NCBI GenBank assembly: GCA_031279085.1
Contig: JAITJD010000009.1
Location: 23,763-87,762 of the forward strand
Origin: Rickettsiales bacterium
GTDB taxonomy: Bacteria; Pseudomonadota; Alphaproteobacteria; Rs-D84
Length of the DNA: 64,000 nt
Direction of reading: 5' to 3'
Shown: positions 1 through 10,606 of the stretch, piece after piece
Layout of the letters: each line of letters begins with the position of its first letter
Numbering within the stretch: the stretch's first letter is position 1
Position numbers and translations under genes: made by a program
The notes under the pieces: generated by a model
Databases searched by the model: none
The model's input: only the letters and a program-made list of their open reading frames with translations
What the model was told of the DNA's origin: nothing

Positions 1-483
1 GTATGCAATGTCGAAGAGGCCGCGGCCGGCGCCGGAAATAAATATTCGGCGCTTGTAAAAGAAAGATTCAGCGAATCCGCGCCGGTGCTTGTGATTTCAT
101 CTAAAATAGAAATGGAAATTTCGCAAATGGCGGACCCAGAAGAGCGAAAGATGTTTTTGGACGAATTGGGGTTGAAAGAATCCGGATTAGACCAGGTGAT
201 TCGCACCGGCTATAAAACATTGGGCTTGCAGACATTTTATACAGTCGGGCCCAAGGAGGCGCATGCTTGGACTATAACGGCGGGAATGGCGGCTCCGCAG
301 GCCGCTGGAAAAATACATACTGACTTTGAAAAAGGATTTATTCGGGCAGAAATAATCAGCCCGTCGGATTATCTGGCCCTGGGCGGCGAAACGGCTGTAA
401 AAGAAGCCGGGAAAATGCGCCTGGTTGGCCGCGATTACATTATGCAGCCTGGCGACATCTGCCATTTTTTGTTTAATAATTAA
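1..483 (+). CDS. ychF: Ribosome-binding ATPase YchF, C-terminal part; the 5-prime end lies before the window (frame is open from position 1).
   Basis: The translation carries a TGS-domain C-terminus typical of YchF/Obg-family proteins (GPKEAHAWTI, APQAAGKIHTDFEKGFIRAEII). There is no stop in this frame back to position 1. Confidence 0.8.
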   Translation, partial: VCNVEEAAAGAGNKYSALVKERFSESAPVLVISSKIEMEISQMADPEERKMFLDELGLKESGLDQVIRTGYKTLGLQTFYTVGPKEAHAWTITAGMAAPQAAGKIHTDFEKGFIRAEIISPSDYLALGGETAVKEAGKMRLVGRDYIMQPGDICHFLFNN

Positions 484-494
484 TAATCGCCGGC

Positions 495-2129
495 TTATAT
501 GTCCGATAGTTTTTGCAGCCTTTCTCGCGACTTTGAGATTTCGGTGTCGATGGCTTCAATTCTGGCGCGCGTCGATTCGTCGCCGGATAACAGTTTGTTT
601 AAAATCTCTTTTTTTTCAGCCAGCAGTTTTTCCAAATATTTTTTCAGTTTTAAGGATACTATGAATTTTTCTGAGGCGGAAAAATTCATGTATGCGGCGG
701 TTTCCGCCGCATAGGGAGAATTCATCATATTCAGTCCGGACAAGAATTCGGAATATTGCTCTGCCAATTCAGGATAGGTTTCTATTATAAAACCCAAGGT
801 ATTTTTTGTAATAGAATCAACTTCCGGCAGCGGAACATGCGCCTTTTGCTCCGCGCCTTTTGCTTTTTTCCAGTTATGCCATTGGTTGAATTTTCTCGAA
901 TCGTATTCTTTGGAAAATTCGCCGCGCAATGAAGAATCTGTTATCTTTTCAAGTTCTTTATTTAAAAATTTTTCGGCCTGCGCCCGCCCGCCCGGCGTGG
1001 ATACAAGATAATTTTTGTTGACGATATTCCATAGAAAATCAACAAGCGGAGCCGAGTCTTTCATAATTTCTTTCATTTTTTGCTTGCCGTCCGGCATTTT
1101 CAATATGTCGTCCGGGTCTTTGCCGCCGGCGACGAACGCGAATCTTATGTCGGAATTGTCGCGCATGAACGGCAGCGCGATTGAGCACGCGCGCGCCGCG
1201 GCCTTTTGTCCGGCTGCATCCCCGTCAAAGCAGAAAGTTATGTTTCGGTTAAGCTTGCATATAATCGCGATATGGTCTTCGGTCAGCGCGGTGCCCAGCG
1301 GAGCCACAGTTTCGGGAAATCCGTGAAGCTGCATTTGAATCGCGTCGATCTGACCCTCCACCACAATAGACCGGTTTGCGCGGTGTATCGCGTCGCGCGC
1401 AAAGTTCAGGCCGAACACAGTTTTTCTTTTGTGAAACATCTCCGTGTCCGCGGTGTTCATATATTTTGGCTCGCTGCCGTCCAAGCTGCGTCCGGAAAAC
1501 GCGATGATTTGGCCGGAAGGATTGAATATCGGAAACATCAGCCTGTCGCGGAAAAAATCACGGTTTCCGTATTCTCCGCGGCGGACAAGCCCTGTGGCTG
1601 ACAGCTTGTCGAATTTTATGTTTGCGAATTTGTTTGTGATTATGTTGTTTTTCGGGGCATAGCCCAGTCTGTATTTTTTTATCGCATCCGCGCTGAATCC
1701 GCGTTTTTTTATATACTCCAAAGCATGCGCGCCGTCTGCTTCGAAAAGTTTTTGCTGATATGTTTTAGCCGCGTTTTCCGTTATTTCGATATAAGATTCT
1801 TCGCGCGCGACTTGCTCCGGCGGCTTCGGCTTGTAATCCGGGACTTTCAAACCCGCCTGCTGCGCAAGCTCCGCGATGGCCGTCTTGAAATCCATATTTT
1901 CCGATTTCATGACGAAGGAAATCAGGTCGCCGTGCTCGCCGCAGCCAAAGCAATGGTAGAATCCCTTTTCTTCGTTGACGGAAAAACTGGGCGTCTTTTC
2001 ATTATGAAAAGGGCAGCATCCCCAATAGTTCTGACCTTTTTTTATCAGCGGAACGCGGCGCCCGACAACATCCACAATCGATAGGCGCGCCCGCAGTTCG
2101 TCTGTAAAGTTGTTGTTATAGTTCGCCAT
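495..2129 (-). CDS. dnaG: DNA primase DnaG
   Basis: CHC2 zinc-finger CCPFHNEKTPSF...HCFGCGEHGD, Toprim-like core EGQIDAIQM, 544 aa. Confidence 0.9.
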   Translation of the reverse strand: MANYNNNFTDELRARLSIVDVVGRRVPLIKKGQNYWGCCPFHNEKTPSFSVNEEKGFYHCFGCGEHGDLISFVMKSENMDFKTAIAELAQQAGLKVPDYKPKPPEQVAREESYIEITENAAKTYQQKLFEADGAHALEYIKKRGFSADAIKKYRLGYAPKNNIITNKFANIKFDKLSATGLVRRGEYGNRDFFRDRLMFPIFNPSGQIIAFSGRSLDGSEPKYMNTADTEMFHKRKTVFGLNFARDAIHRANRSIVVEGQIDAIQMQLHGFPETVAPLGTALTEDHIAIICKLNRNITFCFDGDAAGQKAAARACSIALPFMRDNSDIRFAFVAGGKDPDDILKMPDGKQKMKEIMKDSAPLVDFLWNIVNKNYLVSTPGGRAQAEKFLNKELEKITDSSLRGEFSKEYDSRKFNQWHNWKKAKGAEQKAHVPLPEVDSITKNTLGFIIETYPELAEQYSEFLSGLNMMNSPYAAETAAYMNFSASEKFIVSLKLKKYLEKLLAEKKEILNKLLSGDESTRARIEAIDTEISKSRERLQKLSDI

Positions 2130-2163
2130 TTTATTTTAATTTTTCAGATTTGCAAATCTGAAA

Positions 2164-4524
2164 TTATTTCCTGCTCCATGCTTTTTTTGCGGCCGGCTTT
2201 TTGTTGTTTATCAATTCGGCGGCCTGTTCCAAGGTCGGCTGTTCTTTGACGGATACATTTACTTTGTTGCTGGAAACATAAGCGCCGTACCTGCCGGTGG
2301 CGTAATAAAATATTTCCTTTCCGCTTGCCGGGTTTGTGCCCAAAGACACAGCCTCTGCTTTTTTATTTTCTCCCGATAGCAGCTCTTTCGCGATTTCCAA
2401 GGTGATGGTTTCGGCCGTGTATTTTTTCGCCGATGCGTTTTTATTGCCGTCCGTTATATACGGGCCGAATCTGCCGATTTTAAAAGAAATTCCGTCGCCT
2501 AGGTCATGCGCTGAAGTCCGCGAACCAAGAGCCTTGTCTTTTTCGGAATCCCCGTCCGCCGCCTGTTCGCTGACAGCCGCCATGTTTTTTATGAATTTGC
2601 AATCCGGGTAATTAGAGCATGACAAAAACGGGCCGAATTTTCCAAGCTTCATGATTATCGAACCTCCGCATTCCGGGCATTTTTCGCCCGCTGCTGCTGC
2701 GATATGCGCTTTCATGCTTTCGTTCAGCGCGTCTATGATTTCCGTTGTTTTGATGTCTTTTGCAGCGTCTATCATTTTTTGCGCCGGCCGCCAGAAGCTT
2801 TCCAGCGCGGGAATTTTCTTTATCGCGCCGTTCGATACATCGTCCAGGGCGTCTTCTGTCTTGGCGGTAAAGTTTACATCCACCAAATCCGTGAAATATT
2901 TCTGCAAATAAGCGGCGATGACCCATCCGCCGCCGGTCGGCTTAAAGCGGCGCTGCTTGTCTTGATCCACATATTTGCGGTCGACGATTGTGGACATAAT
3001 TGTCGCGTATGTGGACGGGCGCCCTATTCCCAGCTCTTCCAGTTTTTTAACCAAGGACGCCTCGGTATAGCGCGGCGGCGGCGCTGTGAAGTGCTGCTCT
3101 GGCAGCAGTTTTGTAATATCAATCTCATCGCCGACGGCCAGCGGCGGAAGTTTTGATTCCTTGTCGTCATCGGTGTCGTCTTTATCCTCCACATAAACTT
3201 TCATGAATCCGTCAAAGGTGCGTGTGCTGCCGGTTGCGTGGAATACGGCGACAGTTTGAGATTTGAGGTCTGAGGTTTGGATATCAACGTTTACCGAATC
3301 GAATTCCGCGTTGGTCATCTGGCAGGCGATTGTGCGTTTCCAAATCAAATTGTAAAGCTTTGCTTCGTCGCCGTCCAATGATTGGCCCGCGGTTTCAAAA
3401 TGAGTCGGCCGTATGGCTTCGTGCGCTTCCTGCGCGTTCTTGGATTTTGTTGCGTAAACATTCGGAGACTTCGGCAGAAAGGCGTCCCCGTATTCGCGGG
3501 CAATGAATCCGCGGATTTCGGAAACCGCGTCCGCGGCAAGGTTTGTCGCGTCCGTTCGCATGTATGTTATAAGGCCCTGTTCGTACAATTTCTGCGCGGC
3601 GGACATCGTTCGTTTGGAGCTGAAATATAATTTTCGCGCCGCCTCCTGCTGCAAGGTGCTGGTCGTGAAAGGCGCCGCCGGCCGGCGCGATACTTTCTTT
3701 TTTTCTAGGGCGGCGACAAATGCCGCCAATGGGGACCCAAGTGCGGGAATCGAAGACAAATTGTTGGCTGAAAGTTCTGAGATTTTAATTTCATCTGTCA
3801 GGGCGTTCAAAATTGAAGACATTTTTTCTTTGTTTTCAATTGTCATCTTGTCGATTTTTTCATCATTGAACTTCGCCAGCCGCGCCCGGAAAGAATTATC
3901 TTTAATCCGCGCCATGCGCTTTGCGTTCTGGCATAGCGCGTCCAGCGACCAATATTCCGTCGGCTTAAACGCTTCGATTTCACGCTCGCGGTCTACGACC
4001 AGTTTTACTGCGACCGATTGAACTCGGCCGGCGCTGCGCCCAAGATTCCGGCGCCACAGCAGCGGCGAGACCCCGAATCCGATCAGATAGTCCAGCGCGC
4101 GCCTGACAAGATAGGCGTCGACCAGATTCTGGTCTATCTCCCGCGGTTTTTCCAAGGCGGCCTGAATCGCCTTTTTCGTAATTTCATGAAACACGACGCG
4201 GTATACTTTTTTGCCCGCCAGAGCTTTTTTATCTTTCAAAATGTCCAGCAGGTGCCAGCTGATTGCCTCTCCCTCGCGGTCGGGGTCGCTGGCCAGATAC
4301 ACATTGTCCGCTTTTTTCAATTCATCGGTAATCAGCTTGATCTGCTTTTCCTTGCCGGGCATGATCTGCCACTTCATCGCAAAACCGTTGTCCGTGTCAA
4401 CGCTGCCATTTTCGGGAACCAGATCGCGCACATGGCCCACGGACGCCACGACGCGCCAGCCCGCGCCCAGATATTTTTCAATAGTTTTCGCCTTTGAAGG
4501 AGATTCGACAATCAGCAGATTCAT
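2164..4524 (-). CDS. topA: DNA topoisomerase I
   Basis: N-terminal Toprim MNLLIVESPSKAKTIEKYLG, TopA core, C-terminal Zn-ribbon CPECGG...CSNYPDCKF, 786 aa. Confidence 0.9.
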   Translation of the reverse strand: MNLLIVESPSKAKTIEKYLGAGWRVVASVGHVRDLVPENGSVDTDNGFAMKWQIMPGKEKQIKLITDELKKADNVYLASDPDREGEAISWHLLDILKDKKALAGKKVYRVVFHEITKKAIQAALEKPREIDQNLVDAYLVRRALDYLIGFGVSPLLWRRNLGRSAGRVQSVAVKLVVDREREIEAFKPTEYWSLDALCQNAKRMARIKDNSFRARLAKFNDEKIDKMTIENKEKMSSILNALTDEIKISELSANNLSSIPALGSPLAAFVAALEKKKVSRRPAAPFTTSTLQQEAARKLYFSSKRTMSAAQKLYEQGLITYMRTDATNLAADAVSEIRGFIAREYGDAFLPKSPNVYATKSKNAQEAHEAIRPTHFETAGQSLDGDEAKLYNLIWKRTIACQMTNAEFDSVNVDIQTSDLKSQTVAVFHATGSTRTFDGFMKVYVEDKDDTDDDKESKLPPLAVGDEIDITKLLPEQHFTAPPPRYTEASLVKKLEELGIGRPSTYATIMSTIVDRKYVDQDKQRRFKPTGGGWVIAAYLQKYFTDLVDVNFTAKTEDALDDVSNGAIKKIPALESFWRPAQKMIDAAKDIKTTEIIDALNESMKAHIAAAAGEKCPECGGSIIMKLGKFGPFLSCSNYPDCKFIKNMAAVSEQAADGDSEKDKALGSRTSAHDLGDGISFKIGRFGPYITDGNKNASAKKYTAETITLEIAKELLSGENKKAEAVSLGTNPASGKEIFYYATGRYGAYVSSNKVNVSVKEQPTLEQAAELINNKKPAAKKAWSRK

Positions 4525-4560
4525 ATTCGCGCCTTTTTCCGTTTATATTTATCAGTTTAT

Positions 4561-5706
4561 TCACACGCCCTTCGCGCTTAGCTGCAAGTCTTTGTGAATC
4601 CTTGCATTCTGGCAAAGCCCGAACCCCAGCATCAGGGACAGCAGGCTGCTGCCGCCGAACGACATAAGCGGCAGCGGCACGCCGACCGTCGGCATCAGTC
4701 CCAATACCATGGAAACATTTATAAAGTAATAAATGAAGAAGTTCAACATAAAACCAAAACACAGCAGCTGTCCGAATCTATTCCTGCAAGTTTTTGCCAT
4801 CCAGAACAGAGTGGCGATGATAATGCTGTATATCAGAATCAGTGAGATGGCGCCGATGAAGCCGAATTCTTCGCCCAGCATCGTGAAAATAAAATCAGTC
4901 TGCTTTTCCGGCAAAAAAGACTGCTGCGACTGCGAGCCGTGCATGTATCCCTTGCCGACAAGCCCTCCGCTGCCGAATGCTATTTTTGCCTGGTTTATCT
5001 GGTATCCGGATCCTTTGGAGTCATGTCCGGGATTGACGAAGGTTATGATTCGTTCTCGCTGATAGTCGTGCATGGCTCCAAACCATACCGCAGGCGCGGC
5101 CAGTATGGTCAGAATCATCGCGACAAGAAACCATTTTTTCCGCGCGCCCGTTATATAAAACATGCCTATTGTTATCATGCCCAGGGAAAGCGCCGTGCCC
5201 AGATCCGGCTGCGCCACGATTAAAATGAACGGCGCGACCAGCATGGCTGCGGGAATCAGATAATTTTTAAGTTCTGTGGATTCTTTCCAGTTCATCCAGG
5301 CAAAATATCGCGCCAAAGCCAGCACCAGCGCTATTTTGATGAATTCGGATGGCTGGAAGTGAAATAATCCAAAATCCAGCCAGCGCTGGGCGCCCATTCC
5401 GGTGTGCCCGATGAATGTTACCAGGACTATCATCAGCAGAGCAAAGCCGTAAATAAAGTATGCGGATTTAATCCATAATTTGATATTTAAAAAAGCGGCC
5501 AGAAAAAATACGCCAAGCCCGAGAATGATTTTGACGGATTGCGACAGCGCGAAAGGCCGCCATGCCCCGCCGCCGGCCGAATACAGAACAATTACGGAAG
5601 TGGCCAGAACAAGGCATATAGGCACAAACAGCGCCGGCGAGAACCGTTTCAGCTTTTCTGTAAAACTCATCATGTTCGCGTTTGATACGCGCGTTTGGTT
5701 AGCCAT
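4561..5706 (-). CDS. mrdB: Rod shape-determining peptidoglycan glycosyltransferase RodA (FtsW/RodA/SpoVE family)
   Basis: Polytopic membrane protein of about 10 TM segments with FtsW/RodA-like sequence. It sits immediately downstream of the PBP2 gene in a mreCD-mrdAB arrangement. Confidence 0.8.
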   Translation of the reverse strand: MANQTRVSNANMMSFTEKLKRFSPALFVPICLVLATSVIVLYSAGGGAWRPFALSQSVKIILGLGVFFLAAFLNIKLWIKSAYFIYGFALLMIVLVTFIGHTGMGAQRWLDFGLFHFQPSEFIKIALVLALARYFAWMNWKESTELKNYLIPAAMLVAPFILIVAQPDLGTALSLGMITIGMFYITGARKKWFLVAMILTILAAPAVWFGAMHDYQRERIITFVNPGHDSKGSGYQINQAKIAFGSGGLVGKGYMHGSQSQQSFLPEKQTDFIFTMLGEEFGFIGAISLILIYSIIIATLFWMAKTCRNRFGQLLCFGFMLNFFIYYFINVSMVLGLMPTVGVPLPLMSFGGSSLLSLMLGFGLCQNARIHKDLQLSAKGV

Positions 5707-5718
5707 AAGCTTTCGCCC

Positions 5719-7530
5719 TTAATTTTTTAGTTTCTCGCTTTTCAGCACTTCCCTCATCGTGTCGGAGGCGGCTCTTGCGGCCGGGCCGCTGCTGCCGGAA
5801 TGTTCGGTGATTATGCATATCACATACTTTGGGCTGCTTGTCGGGGCGTATCCTATGAACAGTCCGTGGTTTCGCATATTCCATTTCAGCTGCTCGTTCG
5901 AAAGCATTCCTGTTTCACGTTCTGATCTTGAAATGCTGCGAACCTGGGAGGTTCCGGTTTTGCCCCCCATTTTTTTACCGTCGACATTTATAGCGCTGCC
6001 GGCGGCCGTTCCGCCTGCTTGCAGGACTTGTTCCAGTCCTTTGAGCACATATTTTATATTTTTTGCTTGCAGTTTTAAATCGGCGAAATTTTCCGTTCCG
6101 CGGTCATCTATCAGCTTTGGAATGACGGACTTGTTGGAAACAACGCGAGCCAGCATGACCGCCAGTTGAAGACAGTTTGATAGAATAAAGCCCTGCCCTA
6201 TGCCGGATATGATGGTGTCGCCGTGCAGCCAGCGCGCCCCGGTTTGCATTTCCTTCCATTTTCTGTCGGGGATTACGCCGGCCATTTCGCGCGGCATGAT
6301 GTCCTGCATGAATTTTTCAGCCAGCCCCAGGCGCAGAGCCATCGACTTGATTGAATCAATGCCGATTCGCATGGCTATTTGATAAAAATATGTATCGCAC
6401 GAATGTTTCAGCGCGCCGGCCAGATCCATATGTCCGTGGCCTTTGTGCTCCCAGCAGTGATACCGCCGGTCGCCGTAATCCCAGTATCCGGGGCAAAAGA
6501 TTTTTTCATTTGGAAGAATCGCCCCCGATTCGAGCGCCGCCAGAGCCACCACTATTTTAAATGTCGACCCCGGCGGATAAAGCCCTTCAAGCGCCTTGTT
6601 CATAAAAGGCTTGGCCGGATCGGAACGTATTGATGATATATATTCTTCGCCGTCGTCCAAGCGAAAGTTGTTTGGGTCAAAGCTTGGCGCGGACGCCATG
6701 GCCAGAATTTTTCCGGTGCTTATCTCCATTGCCACGCCGCATCCGGATCTGTTCGCGGTCAGGGCGTCATGCAGCTTTTTCTGGATATTTTCGCGGATTG
6801 TTGTTTTTATGTTTTTGCCGGGCTCGGCTTTTATTGATTGCGATTTGTCTTCGCCCGTTATGCGTCCTATTGCGTTTGCTATCATCACAGTCTGGCCGGG
6901 CTCGCCAAGCAAAATGTTGTTGAAAGTTTTTTCCAGACCCGTGATTCCCGTCGTATAAAAAGGCGCGTTCGGAACCGGCTTTTCTGGAACGCCGACATAT
7001 CCGAATATTTGCGCGCCGGCCGCGCCTAGTTCATAAATGCGGGCAAATCCGCTTCGTATATGAAGTCCGGGCAGATTCTGCGCTTGCAGTTCGGCCAGTT
7101 TCTTCCAGTCCGAATTCTCGCTGACAAGCACCGGCTGAAAGCCGGCTTGCTTTTTTATCGCCGCATAAATCTTGTTTGTTCTTTTCTGTTTAAGTTTCAG
7201 CTCGACGGCGACAGCCGATATCAGCGCATCCAGGTCCTGGGCTTCTTCCGGTATGATGTATATCCTGTAAATCGGGACGTCTCGGGAAATCGAGGTGTTT
7301 GAATCTGACAGGATTTTTCCGCGTTCCGGCATATTTATCTGGATTCTGAAAGAGTTGCTTTCGGATTTGCGCTTGTATTCGTCATAGCTGAAAACCTGCA
7401 TTTGCAGCATGCGCAGCACAAGGATAGATGTCAGAATAGCTCCCGTGCTTAAAAAAAGCGCGGATCGTCTGTCAAAAGTCTTTGCGATTTCATTGTCTAT
7501 CATCGCTAATTCTCCGTGCCAGCGCGGCAA
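5719..7530 (-). CDS. mrdA: Penicillin-binding protein 2 (peptidoglycan D,D-transpeptidase)
   Basis: N-terminal TM anchor, SXXK active site GSTFKIV, SXN and KTG(T) motifs (GGKTGTSQV), 603 aa. Confidence 0.85.
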   Translation of the reverse strand: MPRWHGELAMIDNEIAKTFDRRSALFLSTGAILTSILVLRMLQMQVFSYDEYKRKSESNSFRIQINMPERGKILSDSNTSISRDVPIYRIYIIPEEAQDLDALISAVAVELKLKQKRTNKIYAAIKKQAGFQPVLVSENSDWKKLAELQAQNLPGLHIRSGFARIYELGAAGAQIFGYVGVPEKPVPNAPFYTTGITGLEKTFNNILLGEPGQTVMIANAIGRITGEDKSQSIKAEPGKNIKTTIRENIQKKLHDALTANRSGCGVAMEISTGKILAMASAPSFDPNNFRLDDGEEYISSIRSDPAKPFMNKALEGLYPPGSTFKIVVALAALESGAILPNEKIFCPGYWDYGDRRYHCWEHKGHGHMDLAGALKHSCDTYFYQIAMRIGIDSIKSMALRLGLAEKFMQDIMPREMAGVIPDRKWKEMQTGARWLHGDTIISGIGQGFILSNCLQLAVMLARVVSNKSVIPKLIDDRGTENFADLKLQAKNIKYVLKGLEQVLQAGGTAAGSAINVDGKKMGGKTGTSQVRSISRSERETGMLSNEQLKWNMRNHGLFIGYAPTSSPKYVICIITEHSGSSGPAARAASDTMREVLKSEKLKN

Positions 7531-7951
7531 AAGGGATATATAGAATGCTTAGCCATAAAAACAAGCCCGCCGACCAGGCAAGCCCGGAAAGGCCGCTGAA
7601 CCCTGTCAAAGACAGCAAAAGCGAGGCCGTGCCGAGATATCCCATGAAAATTAGCAGGCCGTCATATTTCTGCCGTGTCAAGTCCACAAAATTCTGCAAG
7701 CCGTTCGCGGCATAGAAAAGGCAGTAAAGGGATGTCCAGAACAAGGTTATGTCGAATTTGTAGTCAAGCAGAAAGCAAAAAATCACCGCAAAGGGCGCAA
7801 ACCAGTTGGCCGGCTTTATGAATGAATAATAGAATATAGGTATGATTGCCAGGACGCCGCCCGGATTCCAAAAAGGATCCGACAGGCGCCATGAAATTAT
7901 TGTCGCCAGGAAGGGAAAAAGAATTTTAAAGATTTTCAGCAATCGCTTCAT
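7490..7951 (-). CDS. mreD: Rod shape-determining protein MreD (inferred from position and hydrophobicity)
   Basis: 153-aa polytopic hydrophobic protein located between mreC and mrdA. It overlaps the mrdA start by about 40 nt. Confidence 0.55.
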   Translation of the reverse strand: MKRLLKIFKILFPFLATIISWRLSDPFWNPGGVLAIIPIFYYSFIKPANWFAPFAVIFCFLLDYKFDITLFWTSLYCLFYAANGLQNFVDLTRQKYDGLLIFMGYLGTASLLLSLTGFSGLSGLAWSAGLFLWLSILYIPFAALARRISDDRQ

Positions 7952-7980
7952 GTTTTTTTAGATTTCAGATTAACCTGAAA

Positions 7981-8811
7981 TTATTTGTATCTTTCTTTGC
8001 CGTCAAATTCCAAAACCAGGCAGTCGGATTTGCTTGTCGGATGCGGAATGCCGGCCTCTGTCGCGCTGATCAGCTCGCCGACGGCGATTCCGTCGGGCAA
8101 TATGCCGCGTATGCCGCTGGTTATCAGTTTCAGGCCTTTTGCGGGTTGGAATTCAGGGTCGCTGAAAAAACCTATTTCTGGCGTGTCGGAACCGTTGCCG
8201 TGCAAAAATCCATAAACCTCAGAACCGGCTATGCGGACCGGTATGTTTGACTGGGTGTCGCGCAAAGACCGCACCTTGGCGAAATTCACGCCGACATCGG
8301 AAACCACGCCGATCAACATTTTGTCAAAGGAAACAACAGCCATTCCTGTCTCCACGCCGGATTTCACGCCCTTGTTTATAAAGAAAGTGTTGTGATTGAA
8401 AGCTTTGTTGTCATATGTGATCGCCGCCGCAATAGTTTTCTGAGGCGTCGCGCGCGAAATATCCATGACGTTCATCAGGCGCTGGTTTTCTGATATGGCG
8501 ACATCGCATTCGTTCTTGTTTGCAAGGGCGTCGGCCAGCCGCGCCTTTAATTCTTCATTTTCCGTGCGCAGGTTGGAAAATTCGCGCAGGCTCGTCGCGG
8601 CTTTTCCAGCCGCCCTCAGCGGCCATGATATGCCGTCGCCGATAAATTCCGCCGCCGGCAGCACGACATGCGCCAGCCCGTTCATAATCTTGTAATCCGG
8701 CTTGTCAATCATGACATATATCAGAAACACCGGCAGCATTGCCGCCATCGCGATGGATTTGGCAATCTGGTATAGTCTGGAAGATATTTTTTTCTGGTTC
8801 ATATTGGGCAA
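7981..8811 (-). CDS. mreC: Rod shape-determining protein MreC
   Basis: N-terminal TM segment, a coiled-coil region (ENEELKARLADA), then a beta-rich periplasmic domain, 276 aa. No mreB is found upstream. Confidence 0.8.
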   Translation of the reverse strand: MPNMNQKKISSRLYQIAKSIAMAAMLPVFLIYVMIDKPDYKIMNGLAHVVLPAAEFIGDGISWPLRAAGKAATSLREFSNLRTENEELKARLADALANKNECDVAISENQRLMNVMDISRATPQKTIAAAITYDNKAFNHNTFFINKGVKSGVETGMAVVSFDKMLIGVVSDVGVNFAKVRSLRDTQSNIPVRIAGSEVYGFLHGNGSDTPEIGFFSDPEFQPAKGLKLITSGIRGILPDGIAVGELISATEAGIPHPTSKSDCLVLEFDGKERYK

Positions 8812-8930
8812 GGATAATGCTTAAAACCCAAATATTCAATTAAAAACTTGCTTTTTGCTTTTATTGTGCCAAAATAAGCGGGTTCCAAAGTGGCAAGGCA
8901 TTGCCATCAGGAGAATCAAAAGGATAAAAA

Positions 8931-9134
8931 ATGCCAAAAATGAAAACGAAATCGTACATTAAAAAACGTGCGAGCATGACCGCGACCGGAAAAATCCGCG
9001 TTGCCAGAAACAGCCATAAAAAATTGCTGCGAAAAAAATCCAAACGCGCGAACAACGCCGGAACCAAGGCGCAGTATTTGAACGACAACATGGTGGGGCA
9101 GGCCAAACTGCTGGCCCCGTACGGATTGAAATAA
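8931..9134 (+). CDS. rpmI: 50S ribosomal protein L35
   Basis: MPKMKTKSYIKKR...GKIR pattern, 67 aa, immediately upstream of rplT. Confidence 0.9.
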   Translation: MPKMKTKSYIKKRASMTATGKIRVARNSHKKLLRKKSKRANNAGTKAQYLNDNMVGQAKLLAPYGLK

Positions 9135-9146
9135 AAGGGGCTGAAA

Positions 9147-9515
9147 ATGGCAAGAGTGAAACGCGGAACAACCGTAAAACAAAAGCATAAAAAAATACTT
9201 GAACGCGCCAAGGGATATCTTGGGCGCCATCATTCGACATACAGGGCTGCGCGCGAAAAGACCGAAAAGGCCGGCCAATACGCGTATCGCGACCGGCGCG
9301 TCAAAAAGCGCGAATTCCGAAGCCTGTGGATTGTCCGGATAAACGCGGCCGTCCGCGCCGCTGGCTTGTCGTACAGCCAGTTTGTGAACGGCTTGAAAAA
9401 AGCCGGTATAAATCTGGACAGAAAAGTCCTGGCCGAAATGGCGTATGCCGGCGATGCAGGCTTTGCAAAACTTATTGAAGAAGCAAAACGATTTATCAAT
9501 CATGAAGTTAAATAA
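9147..9515 (+). CDS. rplT: 50S ribosomal protein L20
   Basis: [18 protein letters not shown]...[22 protein letters not shown], 122 aa. Confidence 0.92.
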   Translation: MARVKRGTTVKQKHKKILERAKGYLGRHHSTYRAAREKTEKAGQYAYRDRRVKKREFRSLWIVRINAAVRAAGLSYSQFVNGLKKAGINLDRKVLAEMAYAGDAGFAKLIEEAKRFINHEVK

Positions 9516-9550
9516 GCCTTGGCGGTTGGGTTGATTGTTTGTAATATAAG

Positions 9551-9576
9551 AACCGTCCGCTGGACGGTTTTTTTTA
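9551..9576 (+). terminator. Rho-independent terminator after rplT
   Basis: Hairpin accgtccgc-tgg-acggt followed by a T8 run. Confidence 0.6.
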
Positions 9577-9612
9577 GAAAATCGTCGCGCAAGATTTGAT
9601 TTATTAAAAATA

Positions 9613-10590
9613 ATGGAAAAAAACATGCTGGAACAAATAAAACAGATAAACTCGTTGGAAGAATTGCAGGCTTTGTATTCTGCAACTTTTGGCAAAAACG
9701 GCGCAATGACCGCGCGCCTGAAAGAGATGAAGAATCTTGAAGCCGACGCGCGCGCGGCGTTAAACCAAGAAAATGCGGAACTGCGCGAAGCCTTCAAGTC
9801 GCGCCAGATCGAAATCGAGGATACGGCGCTGTCGCAATCCCTTGCGCGGCAAAGGCTGGACGCGGACGCGGCGGTTTCCCCGCGAGCGGAGCCGCGCATG
9901 CCGGGCCGGCTGCATCCGTTGTCGCGAAATTTCGCTGAAACATCCGCGGTTCTTTCCGGCATGGGTTATAAATATTATTCGGGCCCGGAAATAGAGGACG
10001 ACTGGCACAACTTCACCGCGCTGAACACGCCGGAATACCATCCGGCGCGCGGCATGCTGGACACGTTCTTTCTTGAGGGCGGCGACATGCCGCGCGGGCA
10101 GACGTCCGCCGTTCAGATTCGCGCGATGGAGGCCGACGGCGCGCCAATAAAAATGTTTGTTATCGGTCGTGTTTATCGCCGCGACTTGGATGCCACGCAT
10201 ATCCCGTCGTTCAGCCAGATAGAAATGCTATGGATAGACAAGGACATAAACTTGTCCGATTTGGTAAGCGAATTCGGCCTGTTCTTGAAAAAATCTTTTG
10301 GCCGCGAATTCAACATGCGAATCCGGCCGAGCTTTTTCCCGTTCACAGAGCCCTCGTTGGAAGTGGATATAGAATGGCAGCCCGGCAAATGGCTGGAACT
10401 GGGCGGCGCCGGCATGGTGCACCCGAACGTCCTGCGCAATGCGGGCGTTGATCCGAACGAATATCAGGGCTTTGCGCTGGGGTTCGGATTTGATCGCCTG
10501 GCGATGATGAAATACGGGCTTACCGATTTGCGCGAATTTTTCAGAGGCGATGTTCGCTGGCTGAGAGCGAACGGATTCAACGCGGAATGA
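9613..10590 (+). CDS. pheS: Phenylalanine--tRNA ligase alpha subunit
   Basis: Class II aaRS core with PheS motifs (HPARGMLDTFF, FPFTEPS, GFGFDRLAM), 325 aa. Confidence 0.92.
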   Translation: MEKNMLEQIKQINSLEELQALYSATFGKNGAMTARLKEMKNLEADARAALNQENAELREAFKSRQIEIEDTALSQSLARQRLDADAAVSPRAEPRMPGRLHPLSRNFAETSAVLSGMGYKYYSGPEIEDDWHNFTALNTPEYHPARGMLDTFFLEGGDMPRGQTSAVQIRAMEADGAPIKMFVIGRVYRRDLDATHIPSFSQIEMLWIDKDINLSDLVSEFGLFLKKSFGREFNMRIRPSFFPFTEPSLEVDIEWQPGKWLELGGAGMVHPNVLRNAGVDPNEYQGFALGFGFDRLAMMKYGLTDLREFFRGDVRWLRANGFNAE

Positions 10591-10606
10591 ATAAAAGGAT
10601 TCTAAA

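Noticed and set aside
8916-9962. 348-aa ORF on the minus strand spanning rpmI, rplT and the start of pheS
   Set aside because: It is antisense to three well-supported genes and its translation is Arg/Ala/Ser/Phe-rich low complexity, typical of a GC-rich antisense frame. No SD is present.
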